Assembly: GCA_029258495.1 (NCBI GenBank)
Contig: JARHYV010000130.1
Coordinates: 1-46,093 of the forward strand
DNA: 46,093 nt
DNA from: Faecousia sp.
Lineage (GTDB): Bacteria; Bacillota; Clostridia; Oscillospirales; Oscillospiraceae
Direction: 5' to 3'
Below are positions 37,559 through 46,093 of this stretch, piece by piece (positions within the stretch are counted from its first letter, which is position 1; each line of letters begins with the position of its first letter). The translations under genes and the position numbers were made by a program. The notes under the pieces are model-generated. The model did no database searches. It was not told the origin of the DNA and saw only the letters and a list, made by a program, of their open reading frames with translations.

Positions 37559-37634
37559 TGGTAGCGGCAATCTGATTTGAACAGATGACATACCGGGTAT
37601 GAACCGGCTACTCTACCAACTGAGTTATGCCGCC
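37559..37634 (-). tRNA. tRNA-Met (CAU), elongator type
   Basis: GGCGGCATAACTCAGTTGGTAGAGTAGCCGGTTCATACCCGGTATGTCATCTGTTCAAATCAGATTGCCGCTACCA; no C1:A72 mismatch and no three G-C anticodon-stem pairs, so not an initiator. Confidence 0.92.
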
Positions 37635-37677
37635 AAGTGTGGTCAATAGATTTCGGGTTTCCGAAATCAGCTTTGTC

Positions 37678-37706
37678 ATTATACCCGCTATTTTCCCTTT
37701 TGTCAA
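37678..37706 (-). promoter_or_regulatory. Consensus sigma-A promoter for the tRNA operon
   Basis: TTGACA-17-TATAAT with upstream A-tracts (UP-like). Confidence 0.9.
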
Positions 37707-37769
37707 GAAGTTTTTTTGAAATTTTTTTGGATATAATCAAAGCATCTGATTTTTGGAAGGGATTTTTGT

Positions 37770-38183
37770 ATGCAGCTGAAAAAAGATCTGTGTTTATTCG
37801 CCATCGGCGGCGGATGCTATGTGGGCATTGAGCTGGCATATCGGGGTTTCAGCCACTGCACCATGTTTTTTCTGGGCGGCCTCTGTTTCTGGCTGATCGG
37901 CACTCTGGGCAGGCTGCGCCCCAGACCCAGTCTGCCCGTGCAGATGCTGCTGGGAGCCGTCATCTGCACCGCAGGAGAGCTGATCTTCGGGCTGATCTTC
38001 AACCGGGACTTCACCATCTGGGACTATCGGCAGCAGCCGTGGAATATCGCCGGACAGATCTGCCCGGTGTTCACCCTGCTGTGGATCCCCCTCAGCCTTT
38101 TGGCCGCTCTGGTCTTCGATCGGTGCGACGCACTCCTCAGCCGTCCCCTGCCGAAAACCGTCCAAAAGGAACGGCTGTCCTGA
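37770..38183 (+). CDS. Small membrane protein, putative ABC permease (CmpB-like family)
   Basis: GG..Y..IE, MF.LGG, ELIFG, WDY...WNI.GQIC..F..LW. Confidence 0.75.
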   Translation: MQLKKDLCLFAIGGGCYVGIELAYRGFSHCTMFFLGGLCFWLIGTLGRLRPRPSLPVQMLLGAVICTAGELIFGLIFNRDFTIWDYRQQPWNIAGQICPVFTLLWIPLSLLAALVFDRCDALLSRPLPKTVQKERLS

Positions 38184-38215
38184 AAAGACCCCCGATGCCG
38201 CGGCATCGGGGGGTC
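38183..38215. terminator. GC-rich hairpin between convergent genes
   Basis: GACCCCCGATGCCG/CGGCATCGGGGGGTC with AAAA on the left. Confidence 0.7.
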
Positions 38216-38219
38216 GCAG

Positions 38220-38699
38220 TTATTCCGTTTCTTTGTTTTGGTCTTCCTGCTCCAGCTGCGCGCTCCGCTTTTTATAGGCACTGCTCACCAGACTCAGCAG
38301 TCCGAAACACAAGGCAGAAACCACCAGAAACATGAGCACAAACAAGGCGACGGAGCCTGCCGGCTTGTGATAATTGCGGTAGCTGTTGATCCCCCAAACC
38401 AGACCCACCACTGCACCGCCGCCCATGCTGAACAGTGCATTGGTCTTTGCATTGGGTTTGAGCCTGCGCTCCCAGATGCCGTTTTTGACGCATGCCGTCA
38501 CCATATAGACGGATACGCACATCAAAATCAGACATTCCCCTGCAATGGAGGGAAAATCTCCGTTCCCCATTGCGATCTGGATCATAATGGCTGCGATCAG
38601 CCCCCAGAAGGCAAGCTGATAACCCATTTCCTCGATCTTCAGCAGCTTGAGCTCCTGCATTTCGTCCAGATTGCTCTGATTACGCTTATTCCGTTTCAT
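38220..38699 (-). CDS. Membrane protein (DUF6773-like) coupled to XRE regulator
   Basis: LDEMQELKLLKIEE.G...AFWGL, KNGIW, 4 TM segments; overlaps the HTH gene. Confidence 0.75.
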   Translation of the reverse strand: MKRNKRNQSNLDEMQELKLLKIEEMGYQLAFWGLIAAIMIQIAMGNGDFPSIAGECLILMCVSVYMVTACVKNGIWERRLKPNAKTNALFSMGGGAVVGLVWGINSYRNYHKPAGSVALFVLMFLVVSALCFGLLSLVSSAYKKRSAQLEQEDQNKETE

Positions 38700-38901
38700 C
38701 TTCATCATCCTCCCAAAATAATTCGTCCAAGCGCTTGCCCAGAACACGGCAGATGCTGCGGCACAGCCTGATGGTGGGATTATACTCTCCCTTTTCGATG
38801 GCATTGATGGTCTGGCGGGAAACGCCCACTGCATCGGCAAGCTCCTTCTGCGTCATGTCCTTTTCCGCCCGAGCCACCTTGATCGCAAGATTTTTCGGCA
38901 T
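38686..38901 (-). CDS. XRE/Cro-family HTH regulator (71 aa)
   Basis: MTQKELADAVGVSRQTINAIEKGEYNPT; RBS GGAGGAG. Confidence 0.95.
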   Translation of the reverse strand: MPKNLAIKVARAEKDMTQKELADAVGVSRQTINAIEKGEYNPTIRLCRSICRVLGKRLDELFWEDDEDETE

Positions 38902-38926
38902 CATTTCTCCTCCTTTCGGCAAGCAC

Positions 38927-38989
38927 ATGCTATCATTTATTTTACATTTTGTCAAGTATATATTACATAAGATAATACAAATTTTACAT
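38927..38989 (-). promoter_or_regulatory. XRE promoter with three phased TTACAT boxes
   Basis: TTGACA(38955-38950)-17-TGnTAGCAT; TTACAT at 38942, 38963 and 38984. Confidence 0.65.
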
Positions 38990-38994
38990 TCTAT

Positions 38995-39035
38995 AAAAAA
39001 TGGACGCTGCCGGATCACTCCGGCAGCGTCCCTTT
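38995..39035 (-). terminator. Terminator of the ymfF-ymfH-lgt operon
   Basis: GGACGCTGCCGGA-TCAC-TCCGGCAGCGTCC with U-tract on the minus strand. Confidence 0.85.
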
Positions 39036-39057
39036 GCACCTGCTGCTGAGGATCACC

Positions 39058-39342
39058 TCAGCCCAGATCTTCAAAATCCTCTTCAAAGGCATAGCCTGTC
39101 ACATCCTTGCGGCTGCGCAGCTGCTTGATGCGTTTCATGTGCATCTCGATCTTGCGGCACTGGTCGGCAAACTCCAAGCCCTCCGGCTCTCTGCCTGCAC
39201 GCTTTGCCCCAAAATACAGCTTGCCCAGCAGCTGATAGGCCTCCCGGATCTTCTGCTCCTCGGCTGCCACATTCACTTCCGTTGCAACGGAGGTGGCTGC
39301 ATGTTTCGTCACGGCGCAAATCTTATCAATGATCTCATTCAT
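39058..39342 (-). CDS. Hypothetical helical protein (94 aa)
   Basis: RBS AAGGAG, start overlaps the lgt stop, LGKLYF coiled-coil pattern. Confidence 0.7.
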   Translation of the reverse strand: MNEIIDKICAVTKHAATSVATEVNVAAEEQKIREAYQLLGKLYFGAKRAGREPEGLEFADQCRKIEMHMKRIKQLRSRKDVTGYAFEEDFEDLG

Positions 39343-40204
39343 GGCTTTCTTCTCCTTGTTCTGTCTGTTTTGCAGCGACCCGGTTCACAAAGAGGTTCTC
39401 TTTGGACGGACGCTTCATTGCGAAATATATAAGCAGGATCACCGCCGCTGCGCAGGATGCAGCCGCCAGCAGCTGGCTCACCCGGATGCCGGTGGAGCCG
39501 ATATACAGGCTGTCGGTGCGAAGTCCCTCGATCCATGCTCTTCCCAGACCGTACCAAGCCATGTACCCCAGAGCGATCTGCCCGTCATATCTGCGGTGCT
39601 TGGAGGCAAAATGCAGCATCACAAAGCCTGCAAGGTTCCACACGGACTCATACAGGAAGGTGGGATGGTGGTATTCCACGGTCTGTGTCACCGTATTGTA
39701 CAGTCCCATTCTCAGGAAATTGGCGGTTTCGGCACCGAATGCCTCCCGATTGAAGAAATTGCCCCATCTGCCCATGGCCTGACCGATCAAAAAGCCCAGT
39801 GCCACAATATCCAGCACCGCACCCACGCTGATCTTCTTGCATTTACAGTACACCAAAATTCCGATGACCGCGCCCAGTACGCCGCCATAGATGGCAAGTC
39901 CGCCTTCCCAGATGTACAGGACGGAAATGGGATTGTCCGCATACTGCGGCCACGAGAAGATGCAGTAGTAGGCTCTGGCGCACAGGATGGCAAAGGGTGT
40001 CACATACAGCACGCCGTCGAGGATGTGATCCTCGGTGAGACCGAACTGCTTTGCCCGTTTCATGCCGTAGACCGCGGCAAGGATCAGACCCGTGGCAATG
40101 ATCAGCCCGTAAAAATGGATGGTCAGCGGCCCCAGCTCCAAAACACGGGGTGGATCCATCTCCAAGCCCAGACTCGGGAATGAAATAGTTGTGTAACGAT
40201 ACAT
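39335..40204 (-). CDS. lgt: Prolipoprotein diacylglyceryl transferase
   Basis: FYGL, ARAYY, EGGLAIYGG, GRWGNFFNREAFG, HPTFLYES, IEGLRTD. Confidence 0.97.
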   Translation of the reverse strand: MYRYTTISFPSLGLEMDPPRVLELGPLTIHFYGLIIATGLILAAVYGMKRAKQFGLTEDHILDGVLYVTPFAILCARAYYCIFSWPQYADNPISVLYIWEGGLAIYGGVLGAVIGILVYCKCKKISVGAVLDIVALGFLIGQAMGRWGNFFNREAFGAETANFLRMGLYNTVTQTVEYHHPTFLYESVWNLAGFVMLHFASKHRRYDGQIALGYMAWYGLGRAWIEGLRTDSLYIGSTGIRVSQLLAAASCAAAVILLIYFAMKRPSKENLFVNRVAAKQTEQGEESHE

Positions 40205-41490
40205 CAGATATCCTCCTTTTGTTCCAGCGGCTCCACGATGGCAAGGGAGCAGTTGTCCTGCCGGATGTGTTCCCGCAAAAATTCCCGAACTTCCTCTGAT
40301 TTCAGCCCCTCAAAGGACTCAGGGAACCGGAAATAATCAAATCCTTCAAATTCATAGGCGCACAGGCGGAAACAGGTGGACTCAAAGCTGTCCAGATCCT
40401 TCACCCTGCGTCCCAAAAAGCTCTTTTTCATTCGGGCAAATTCCGTTTCGTCAATGCCCGTTTCCCCAAGGCGGCGAGCCTGTGCAATGATGGCATCGCG
40501 AACACGCTCCGGTGCATCGCTGTCGCCGCCGCAGGTGATCATGGCGGTACCTTCCACGGTTTCCACTCCGCCGCCGAAGGACGAGTCGATCAGCCCCTGT
40601 TCGTACAGTTTTAGATACAGACCGGACGACTCCCCGAACAGTGCCTCGGAGGCAAGCTCCGCCACCATCTCCCAGTGGGCAAATTCCGCTCCGGTCAAGC
40701 CCGCCGGACACTTGAACCCCAGCTGGAACATGGGCATGGAAACATCCATTTTCCGCCGGGAGATCGGACGAAGGACTTGCATTTCCTCCTCAGCCCCCAG
40801 ATCCGGGAGCCCCACGGACTGTCTTTCCCGGGGAAGTACCTCCTGAGCAATGGCAGCCACAGCCTCTGCATCCACATCTCCCACCACGCACAGCATCATA
40901 TTGGCGGGGGCATAAAATGCCCGATGGCACTGCATGAGGGTCTGCGGTGTGATGGCTTGGATGCTCTCCACCGAGCCTGCGATGGGTACACGGATGGGAT
41001 GATGGGCATACAGGTTCTCCGCCAGATCCTCAAACACCCGGGACTCGGGACTGTCTGCATACATCAGGATCTCCTGTGCGATGATGCCCCGCTCCTTTTC
41101 CACACTTTCCTGAGTAAAATACGGGGTAGAAACAAATTCCAACAGCAGTTTCAGGCACTTTTCAAAGTGGTCTGTGCAGGTGAAGTAGTAGGCGGTGGTA
41201 TCATAGGTGGTAAAAGCATTGGGATTGGCGCCCAGTGCGGCAAATTCCTCGGTCACATCCCGATCCGGCAGATCGAACATCTTGTGTTCCAGATAATGGG
41301 CAACGCCGTCGGGCGTCGTAAACGGCTGTGCGTCCAGCGTGAATTTTGTGTGGATCGAGCCGTAGTCCGTCACCAGATATGCCGCTTTTCTGGTGAAATC
41401 CTTCTTCGGCACCACGCAGATCCGCAGCCCGTTGGGCAGGGTCGTGCGCCAGACGGTTTCGTCCAGTCGGTCATAAATCGTCTTGTTCAT
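40204..41490 (-). CDS. ymfH: M16 zinc peptidase, catalytic subunit
   Basis: GVAHYLEHKMF (HxxEH), NAFT, KERGIIAQE. Confidence 0.9.
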   Translation of the reverse strand: MNKTIYDRLDETVWRTTLPNGLRICVVPKKDFTRKAAYLVTDYGSIHTKFTLDAQPFTTPDGVAHYLEHKMFDLPDRDVTEEFAALGANPNAFTTYDTTAYYFTCTDHFEKCLKLLLEFVSTPYFTQESVEKERGIIAQEILMYADSPESRVFEDLAENLYAHHPIRVPIAGSVESIQAITPQTLMQCHRAFYAPANMMLCVVGDVDAEAVAAIAQEVLPRERQSVGLPDLGAEEEMQVLRPISRRKMDVSMPMFQLGFKCPAGLTGAEFAHWEMVAELASEALFGESSGLYLKLYEQGLIDSSFGGGVETVEGTAMITCGGDSDAPERVRDAIIAQARRLGETGIDETEFARMKKSFLGRRVKDLDSFESTCFRLCAYEFEGFDYFRFPESFEGLKSEEVREFLREHIRQDNCSLAIVEPLEQKEDI

Positions 41491-42761
41491 GCGCTGACCC
41501 CCTTCAAAAAGAATGTGGTGTGGAGCTGCACCGTGGAGGCGCATCTTGCCACATCCTGCACCGTGACAGCCTCTACCGCCCGGATATACTCATCAATATC
41601 CATGGCCATGCCGCTGATCGCCGAGGTGACATAGTAGCTCTCCAGTGCCCCCGGGGAGTCCGGTGTGGAGCGCAGACTGGAGATCAGCGCCTGCTTGGCG
41701 CTGTTCAGCTCCTCCTGCGTGATCTGCCCCTGAACACATGCCTGCAGCTGATGCAGGATCTCTGCCTTGGCGGTTTCGTAATTCGCCTCGTCGATGCCGC
41801 TGGATACGGTAACGATCCCCTTGGAGCCGTAATAGCCGGAGTTTGCATAGTAGCAAAGGGACAGCTTTTCCCGAACATTCATAAACAGCTTGCTGGTCAT
41901 GCCGCCGCCATACACCGAATTGAACACCTGCATCGCCGCAAAATCCGGATGGCGGTTGTTCACCGGCGTGGTAAAGCCCATGGAGAGCTTTCCTTGGTTC
42001 ACATCCATCTGCTCGCTGAATTCTCTGGGCGGCACCGTTGGCACAAATCTCGTCTGCGTGGGAGCCGCCGTGCCGTGGCTGCCCAGAGCCGCTGCCATGG
42101 GCGCAAGCAGCTGCGCCACCTCCTCCGCCGGCGCACTGCCCACATAGAAGATCTCCACAGGGCTTGTGCGCAGGATGCTGCGGTAATGGTCATACAGGGA
42201 CTTGGGCGTGATGGCCGCCACGGTTTCCCTGGTGCCGATCCGGGGGCAGGCAAAGCTGTCCCCCTGGCACATGTATCGGATCATCTGCGCCGCCGCATAG
42301 GTGCGCTTGTCGTTGCGCTCGGACTCGATGGCGCTGATCAGGTTCCGCTTTTCGCTCTCCACGAAGTCCGGATCAAAGGCACCCTCTGCCACCACCGGCT
42401 CGAGCAGCAGCTGCCGGAGGAATTCCACCGTGGGGCTCAGCACCCGATCCCCGGGCAGAGCAAAGCGATCCTCGATGAAATTCATGTAAAAGCCCACGGT
42501 CTGCACATCTCCCACCCGACGCACAAGGGTAGAGATCGCCGCTCCGTAAAGCTCATCCAGACGCCAAGTGATGCGCCTGAGGTCGGGACACGCCGCACTG
42601 CCTCTGAGCAGCACCGCCACCAGAAGTGCATTTTTTGCCGCCTCTTCCTGACACATGGGGCGCAGCAGCTGCACGCTGAGCGCACCCTTTTTGAATCTGC
42701 TGTCGGGATAGTGGCGAAGTACCACATGCTCCGACAGATGAATGGTCTGAATCATTTCCAT
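41487..42761 (-). CDS. ymfF: M16 peptidase non-catalytic partner
   Basis: RFK, LDELYGA, SKLFMNVREKLSLCYY; no HxxEH. Confidence 0.88.
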   Translation of the reverse strand: MEMIQTIHLSEHVVLRHYPDSRFKKGALSVQLLRPMCQEEAAKNALLVAVLLRGSAACPDLRRITWRLDELYGAAISTLVRRVGDVQTVGFYMNFIEDRFALPGDRVLSPTVEFLRQLLLEPVVAEGAFDPDFVESEKRNLISAIESERNDKRTYAAAQMIRYMCQGDSFACPRIGTRETVAAITPKSLYDHYRSILRTSPVEIFYVGSAPAEEVAQLLAPMAAALGSHGTAAPTQTRFVPTVPPREFSEQMDVNQGKLSMGFTTPVNNRHPDFAAMQVFNSVYGGGMTSKLFMNVREKLSLCYYANSGYYGSKGIVTVSSGIDEANYETAKAEILHQLQACVQGQITQEELNSAKQALISSLRSTPDSPGALESYYVTSAISGMAMDIDEYIRAVEAVTVQDVARCASTVQLHTTFFLKGVSA

Positions 42762-42921
42762 CTCCTAAAAAATCGGTTTCTTAGGCTGTATTATATCGCA
42801 ATCCCCGGCAAATAGAAAGACTATTTCAAAAAAATTAAAATTTTCCACATGGATTGCGGTTGTCTTTCCCGGGCATTTGCGGTAAAATGGGAGAATCACG
42901 ATAATAGGGGTATTGTACACC

Positions 42922-43899
42922 ATGGATTATTTAGAAGTTACCATCCAGACCGCCTCGGCAGGCATCGAGATCGTTGTTTCTGCACTGACCGCCGGTGGTT
43001 TTGACAGTCTGGTCGTGGAAGATCAGGCGGAATACGAAACTTTTTTAGAGGACAACCGGGCTTATTGGGACTATATCGACGAGGATTTCCAGCAGCAGCT
43101 GGAGGGACTGTCCCGCATCAAGCTCTATCTGGAGGCTGACGGCACCGAAAAGCTCCGACTGGAGCAGCTGGAAACACTGCTTTCGTCCCTGAAAGATCGC
43201 TCTGCCGGGAAAAATCTCGGCACACTGGAGATCTCCTCTCAACTCCTGCCGGAAACCAACTGGGAGGAAAGCTGGAAAGACAGCTATCCCCCTCAGCCCG
43301 TGGGCGAGCGGCTCATCGTCCTGCCCTGCTGGAATGCCGATGCCTCAGACGGCAGGATCCCCGTCATTCTGGATCCCGGTCTGACCTTCGGCACCGGCGC
43401 GCACCCCTCCACACAGATGTGCATGGAATTCATGGAGCAGCTTGTGACCCAAAATTCCCGGGTCATCGACCTTGGCAGCGGCAGCGGCATCCTGTCCATC
43501 GCAGCCCTTCGTCTGGGCGCTGTCTCCTCCGTGGGTGTGGACATCGACCCGAAAGCCGAGTCCATCGCCCGGGAAAATGCCGCCTACAACGATTTCGGCG
43601 CCGATCGGTTCTCGGCATACACCGGCAATGTCACCGAGGATGCCGCCCTCATGGGCAGGCTCTGCGCCGGAGGCTACGATCTGGTGCTTGTGAACATCGT
43701 TGCCGATGTGATCATCGGGCTTGCCCCCGTTCTGGGGCAGTTCCTCCGGGAGGATGCACGATTTATCTGCTCCGGCATTCTTGATACGCGGCTTGCCGAT
43801 GTGGAGCAGGCACTCAGCAATGCCGGTCTTGAAATTCTGGAACGCAAGGAAAAGGAGGACTGGCGATGCGTATGCGGAAGAAAGAAAAGAAACAGCTGA
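42922..43899 (+). CDS. prmA: Ribosomal protein L11 methyltransferase
   Basis: NWEESWK, LDPGLTFGTGAHPST, DLGSGSGIL, NIVAD, SGIL. Confidence 0.95.
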   Translation: MDYLEVTIQTASAGIEIVVSALTAGGFDSLVVEDQAEYETFLEDNRAYWDYIDEDFQQQLEGLSRIKLYLEADGTEKLRLEQLETLLSSLKDRSAGKNLGTLEISSQLLPETNWEESWKDSYPPQPVGERLIVLPCWNADASDGRIPVILDPGLTFGTGAHPSTQMCMEFMEQLVTQNSRVIDLGSGSGILSIAALRLGAVSSVGVDIDPKAESIARENAAYNDFGADRFSAYTGNVTEDAALMGRLCAGGYDLVLVNIVADVIIGLAPVLGQFLREDARFICSGILDTRLADVEQALSNAGLEILERKEKEDWRCVCGRKKRNS

Positions 43900-44939
43900 A
43901 TTTTACCATGACCTACCGCACCCGGCGCCGCCTGCACCGCTTTGGCGTATTCTTCGGCTATCTGTTCGGCGCAGCAGCACTGGTGTGGGTATGCTGGTTC
44001 ATGTGGCTCAACCGCTTTGTGGTCTACTCCGGCAGCGAGGCAAAGCTGGATTTCAACTGGGTATCCCATGCGGATCAAGCCGTGGTCGCCACTGCACCGG
44101 AGGAGCAGACCGTTGCCGTGCGATACAACGAAGGTCGGGACAAGATCAACACCTCCACCGAGATGACCAAGATCTCCGGCTTTTATGTGACCACCGACGA
44201 TCTGATCGACAGTGTGGACGGTGTGAATGCCGCCGTCCGGCAGCTGCCCGAGGGCTCTGCCGTCATGCTGGATCTGAAAAGCCCCTACGGCACCTTCTTC
44301 TACTCCACCAAGCTGGATGACAGCGTCAAATCCGACAAGGTGGATCTTGCCGCCGTGGACAAGCTGATCCAGACCGTCACCAAGGGCAGCTATTACGCCA
44401 TCGCCCGTGTCCCTGCATTCCGGGATCAGCACTACGGTCTTGAAAATGCGCCCTACGGCACCGTTCTGCCCCACAGCAGCGGCGGCTACATGTGGGCAGA
44501 CGACGACGGATGCTACTGGATGAACCCGGCATCCTCCGGCGCCATCGCCTATGTCATGTCCATTGCCAAGGAGCTGTACGATCTGGGCTTTGACGAGGTG
44601 GTCTTCACCGATTTCCGGTTCCCTGCCACGGACAACATTCTGTTTGAAGGGGATCGGGCATCCACCATCGCCAAGGCTGCCGAGGCTCTGGTCGCCGGAT
44701 GTGCCACGAACAATTTCACCGTGAGCTTTGCCAGCAGCGATACAGGCTTTGCCCTGCCTGCCGGTCGGAGCCGGCTGTATCTCACCGATGTGGATGCAGC
44801 TAAGGCACAGTCCGCCGCCGATGCCACTTCCGTCGCCGACAAGCAGCTCAATCTGGTGTTCCTCACCGATACCAACGACACGAGATTTGATACCTTCAGT
44901 GTCATCCGTCCCATGCCTGCTGCGGAGATCCCCCAATAA
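43866..44939 (+). CDS. Membrane-anchored putative glycoside hydrolase (DUF4015-like TIM barrel)
   Basis: N-terminal TM; AVMLDLK, YAIARVPAFRD, WMNP, LGFDEV.F..FRFP; start uncertain (43866, 43872 or 43908). Confidence 0.7.
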   Translation: MRMRKKEKKQLNFTMTYRTRRRLHRFGVFFGYLFGAAALVWVCWFMWLNRFVVYSGSEAKLDFNWVSHADQAVVATAPEEQTVAVRYNEGRDKINTSTEMTKISGFYVTTDDLIDSVDGVNAAVRQLPEGSAVMLDLKSPYGTFFYSTKLDDSVKSDKVDLAAVDKLIQTVTKGSYYAIARVPAFRDQHYGLENAPYGTVLPHSSGGYMWADDDGCYWMNPASSGAIAYVMSIAKELYDLGFDEVVFTDFRFPATDNILFEGDRASTIAKAAEALVAGCATNNFTVSFASSDTGFALPAGRSRLYLTDVDAAKAQSAADATSVADKQLNLVFLTDTNDTRFDTFSVIRPMPAAEIPQ

Positions 44940-44946
44940 ATCCACG

Positions 44947-45030
44947 AAAAAACAAGCCGTCACCCCGTGTAACGGCTTGTTTTCTGTACAAAATCCCCCT
45001 GCAAGGTCATCTTGCAGGGGGAACTTTCTA
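44947..45030. terminator. Two tandem hairpins between convergent genes
   Basis: AAAACAAGCCGT...ACGGCTTGTTTT and TCCCCCTGCAAG-GTCAT-CTTGCAGGGGGA. Confidence 0.8.
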
Positions 45031-45091
45031 TTTGGGATGCAGATCATTCATCCTGAACTGCCATCAGACCATCCCATTTGACGGCACAGTT

Positions 45092-46093
45092 TTACAGCTT
45101 GTCCGCCCGATGCAGAAAAGCCACGATCTGCGCTCTGTCGCAGGAGTCCTCGGGGCTGAACCTGCCCTCTCCGGTGCCTTCGGTGATCCCGTTGGCGACC
45201 GCCCAGAGCACCGCTTTGCCGTACCAGCTGTCCAAGTCCACATCCGTGAAGGGATTTGCAGCCGATGCCGGCTCCGGACGGCCTGCGGCTCTCCACAGGA
45301 ATGCCACCACCTGCCGGCGCTCACAGGATTCGTCCGGGCTGAATGTGGTATCAGAGGTACCCTTGGTAATGCCGGTTTCCACCGCCCAGAGCACCGCCTT
45401 GCCGTACCAGCTGTCCAAGTCCACATCCGTGAAGGGATTTGCAGAGGAGGTGGGGTTCGGACGGCCTGCGGCTCTCCACAGGAAGGTCACGGCCTCGGCA
45501 CGGGTGCAGGTAAGCTCCGGGCTGAATTCGCCGTCGCCGGTACCGAAGGTGATGCCTCTTGCGACTGCCCACTTCACCGACTTTGCATACCAGCTGTCCT
45601 CAGGCACATCGGTGAAGGTGATGTCCGGAACGGGAGGCTCGGGAACAGGGGGCTCGGGAACAGGGGGCTCGGGAACGGGAGGTTCCACAGGCTGAGCCGG
45701 CTGGAGCTCCACCCAATCCACCGTATTTTTCACCGTGATATTGCGCACCGCTTTCACCACATTGCCGTCGCTGTCGGTGACGGAGTAGACCGCCTGCTGC
45801 TCTCCCGGCTGCGCCGTATCGATCTTCTGCTCCACGGTGATCCGGGTAATGGGGCCATCCTCGGTATCCGTGACGCTGATACCGCTCAGGTAATCCACGG
45901 CATCCCCCTTATAGACGGTCAGATCCGTAAGACCGTCAAATTTGGGGGTATAATTGCTCACAAAGATCTCTCTGGATGCAAATGTTTCGTTTCCGTTGGT
46001 ATCCACGGCACGGTAGCGGATGACAAAGGTCTCCTCCGTATCCGGGGCAGGCTTGTGAATGGTATCGGTGGTTTCCACGGTCACATGCTCGTC
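45092..46093 (-). CDS. Surface protein, 3' part: Ig-like (DUF5011-type) domains, Pro-rich linker, three SLH domains
   Basis: V.D.EDG...Y.VTDSDGN Ig motif; FTDV..WY.KAV.WA..GIT.G..F.P...RA x3; start lies beyond the window. Confidence 0.9.
   Translation of the reverse strand, partial: DEHVTVETTDTIHKPAPDTEETFVIRYRAVDTNGNETFASREIFVSNYTPKFDGLTDLTVYKGDAVDYLSGISVTDTEDGPITRITVEQKIDTAQPGEQQAVYSVTDSDGNVVKAVRNITVKNTVDWVELQPAQPVEPPVPEPPVPEPPVPEPPVPDITFTDVPEDSWYAKSVKWAVARGITFGTGDGEFSPELTCTRAEAVTFLWRAAGRPNPTSSANPFTDVDLDSWYGKAVLWAVETGITKGTSDTTFSPDESCERRQVVAFLWRAAGRPEPASAANPFTDVDLDSWYGKAVLWAVANGITEGTGEGRFSPEDSCDRAQIVAFLHRADKL
45627..45686 (-). repeat. 15-bp tandem repeat x4 encoding EPPVP
   Basis: GGAAC(A/G)GG(G/A)GGCTCG units. 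Confidence 0.9.

Noticed and set aside
4548-41544. Extended N-termini given by the ORF track (e.g. starts 5234, 10444, 13893, 14990, 20530, 35808, 38840, 39039, 41544)
   Set aside because: Downstream ATGs have clear RBSs or stop/start overlaps and match family N-termini

Overview
A GC-rich Firmicute chromosomal window, probably a gut Oscillospiraceae-like clostridium (inferred from SLH proteins, class B sortase, glgC/glgD and sigma-A promoters). In order it holds: a LacI + GPH-family MFS transporter + MBL-hydrolase operon; a six-gene sipW cluster; sbcDC, nagD, srtB and trxAB; a glycogen operon (glgBCDA, GH13, small Cys-rich ORF); a GNAT and dapF; a complete yhfZ-Y-U-T-php-S-X-W cluster with an extra serine-hydrolase lipoprotein; tRNA-Met/tRNA-Glu; an XRE/membrane pair; ymfF-ymfH-lgt; prmA; a putative glycoside hydrolase; and a partial SLH protein. 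The best candidate for a new system is the sipW cluster (4548-10910). It encodes three TasA-like subunits with SipW signal peptides and a vWA adhesin whose C-terminal tail copies the subunits' N-terminal strand motif (WLxxxSDxxxNV). It also encodes a TasA-like protein that lacks that strand but has a sortase-B sorting signal. Together these suggest a polar, donor-strand-assembled, sortase-anchored pilus. I saw no CRISPR array, integrase or transposase. All calls come from motif recognition by eye; no searches were run.
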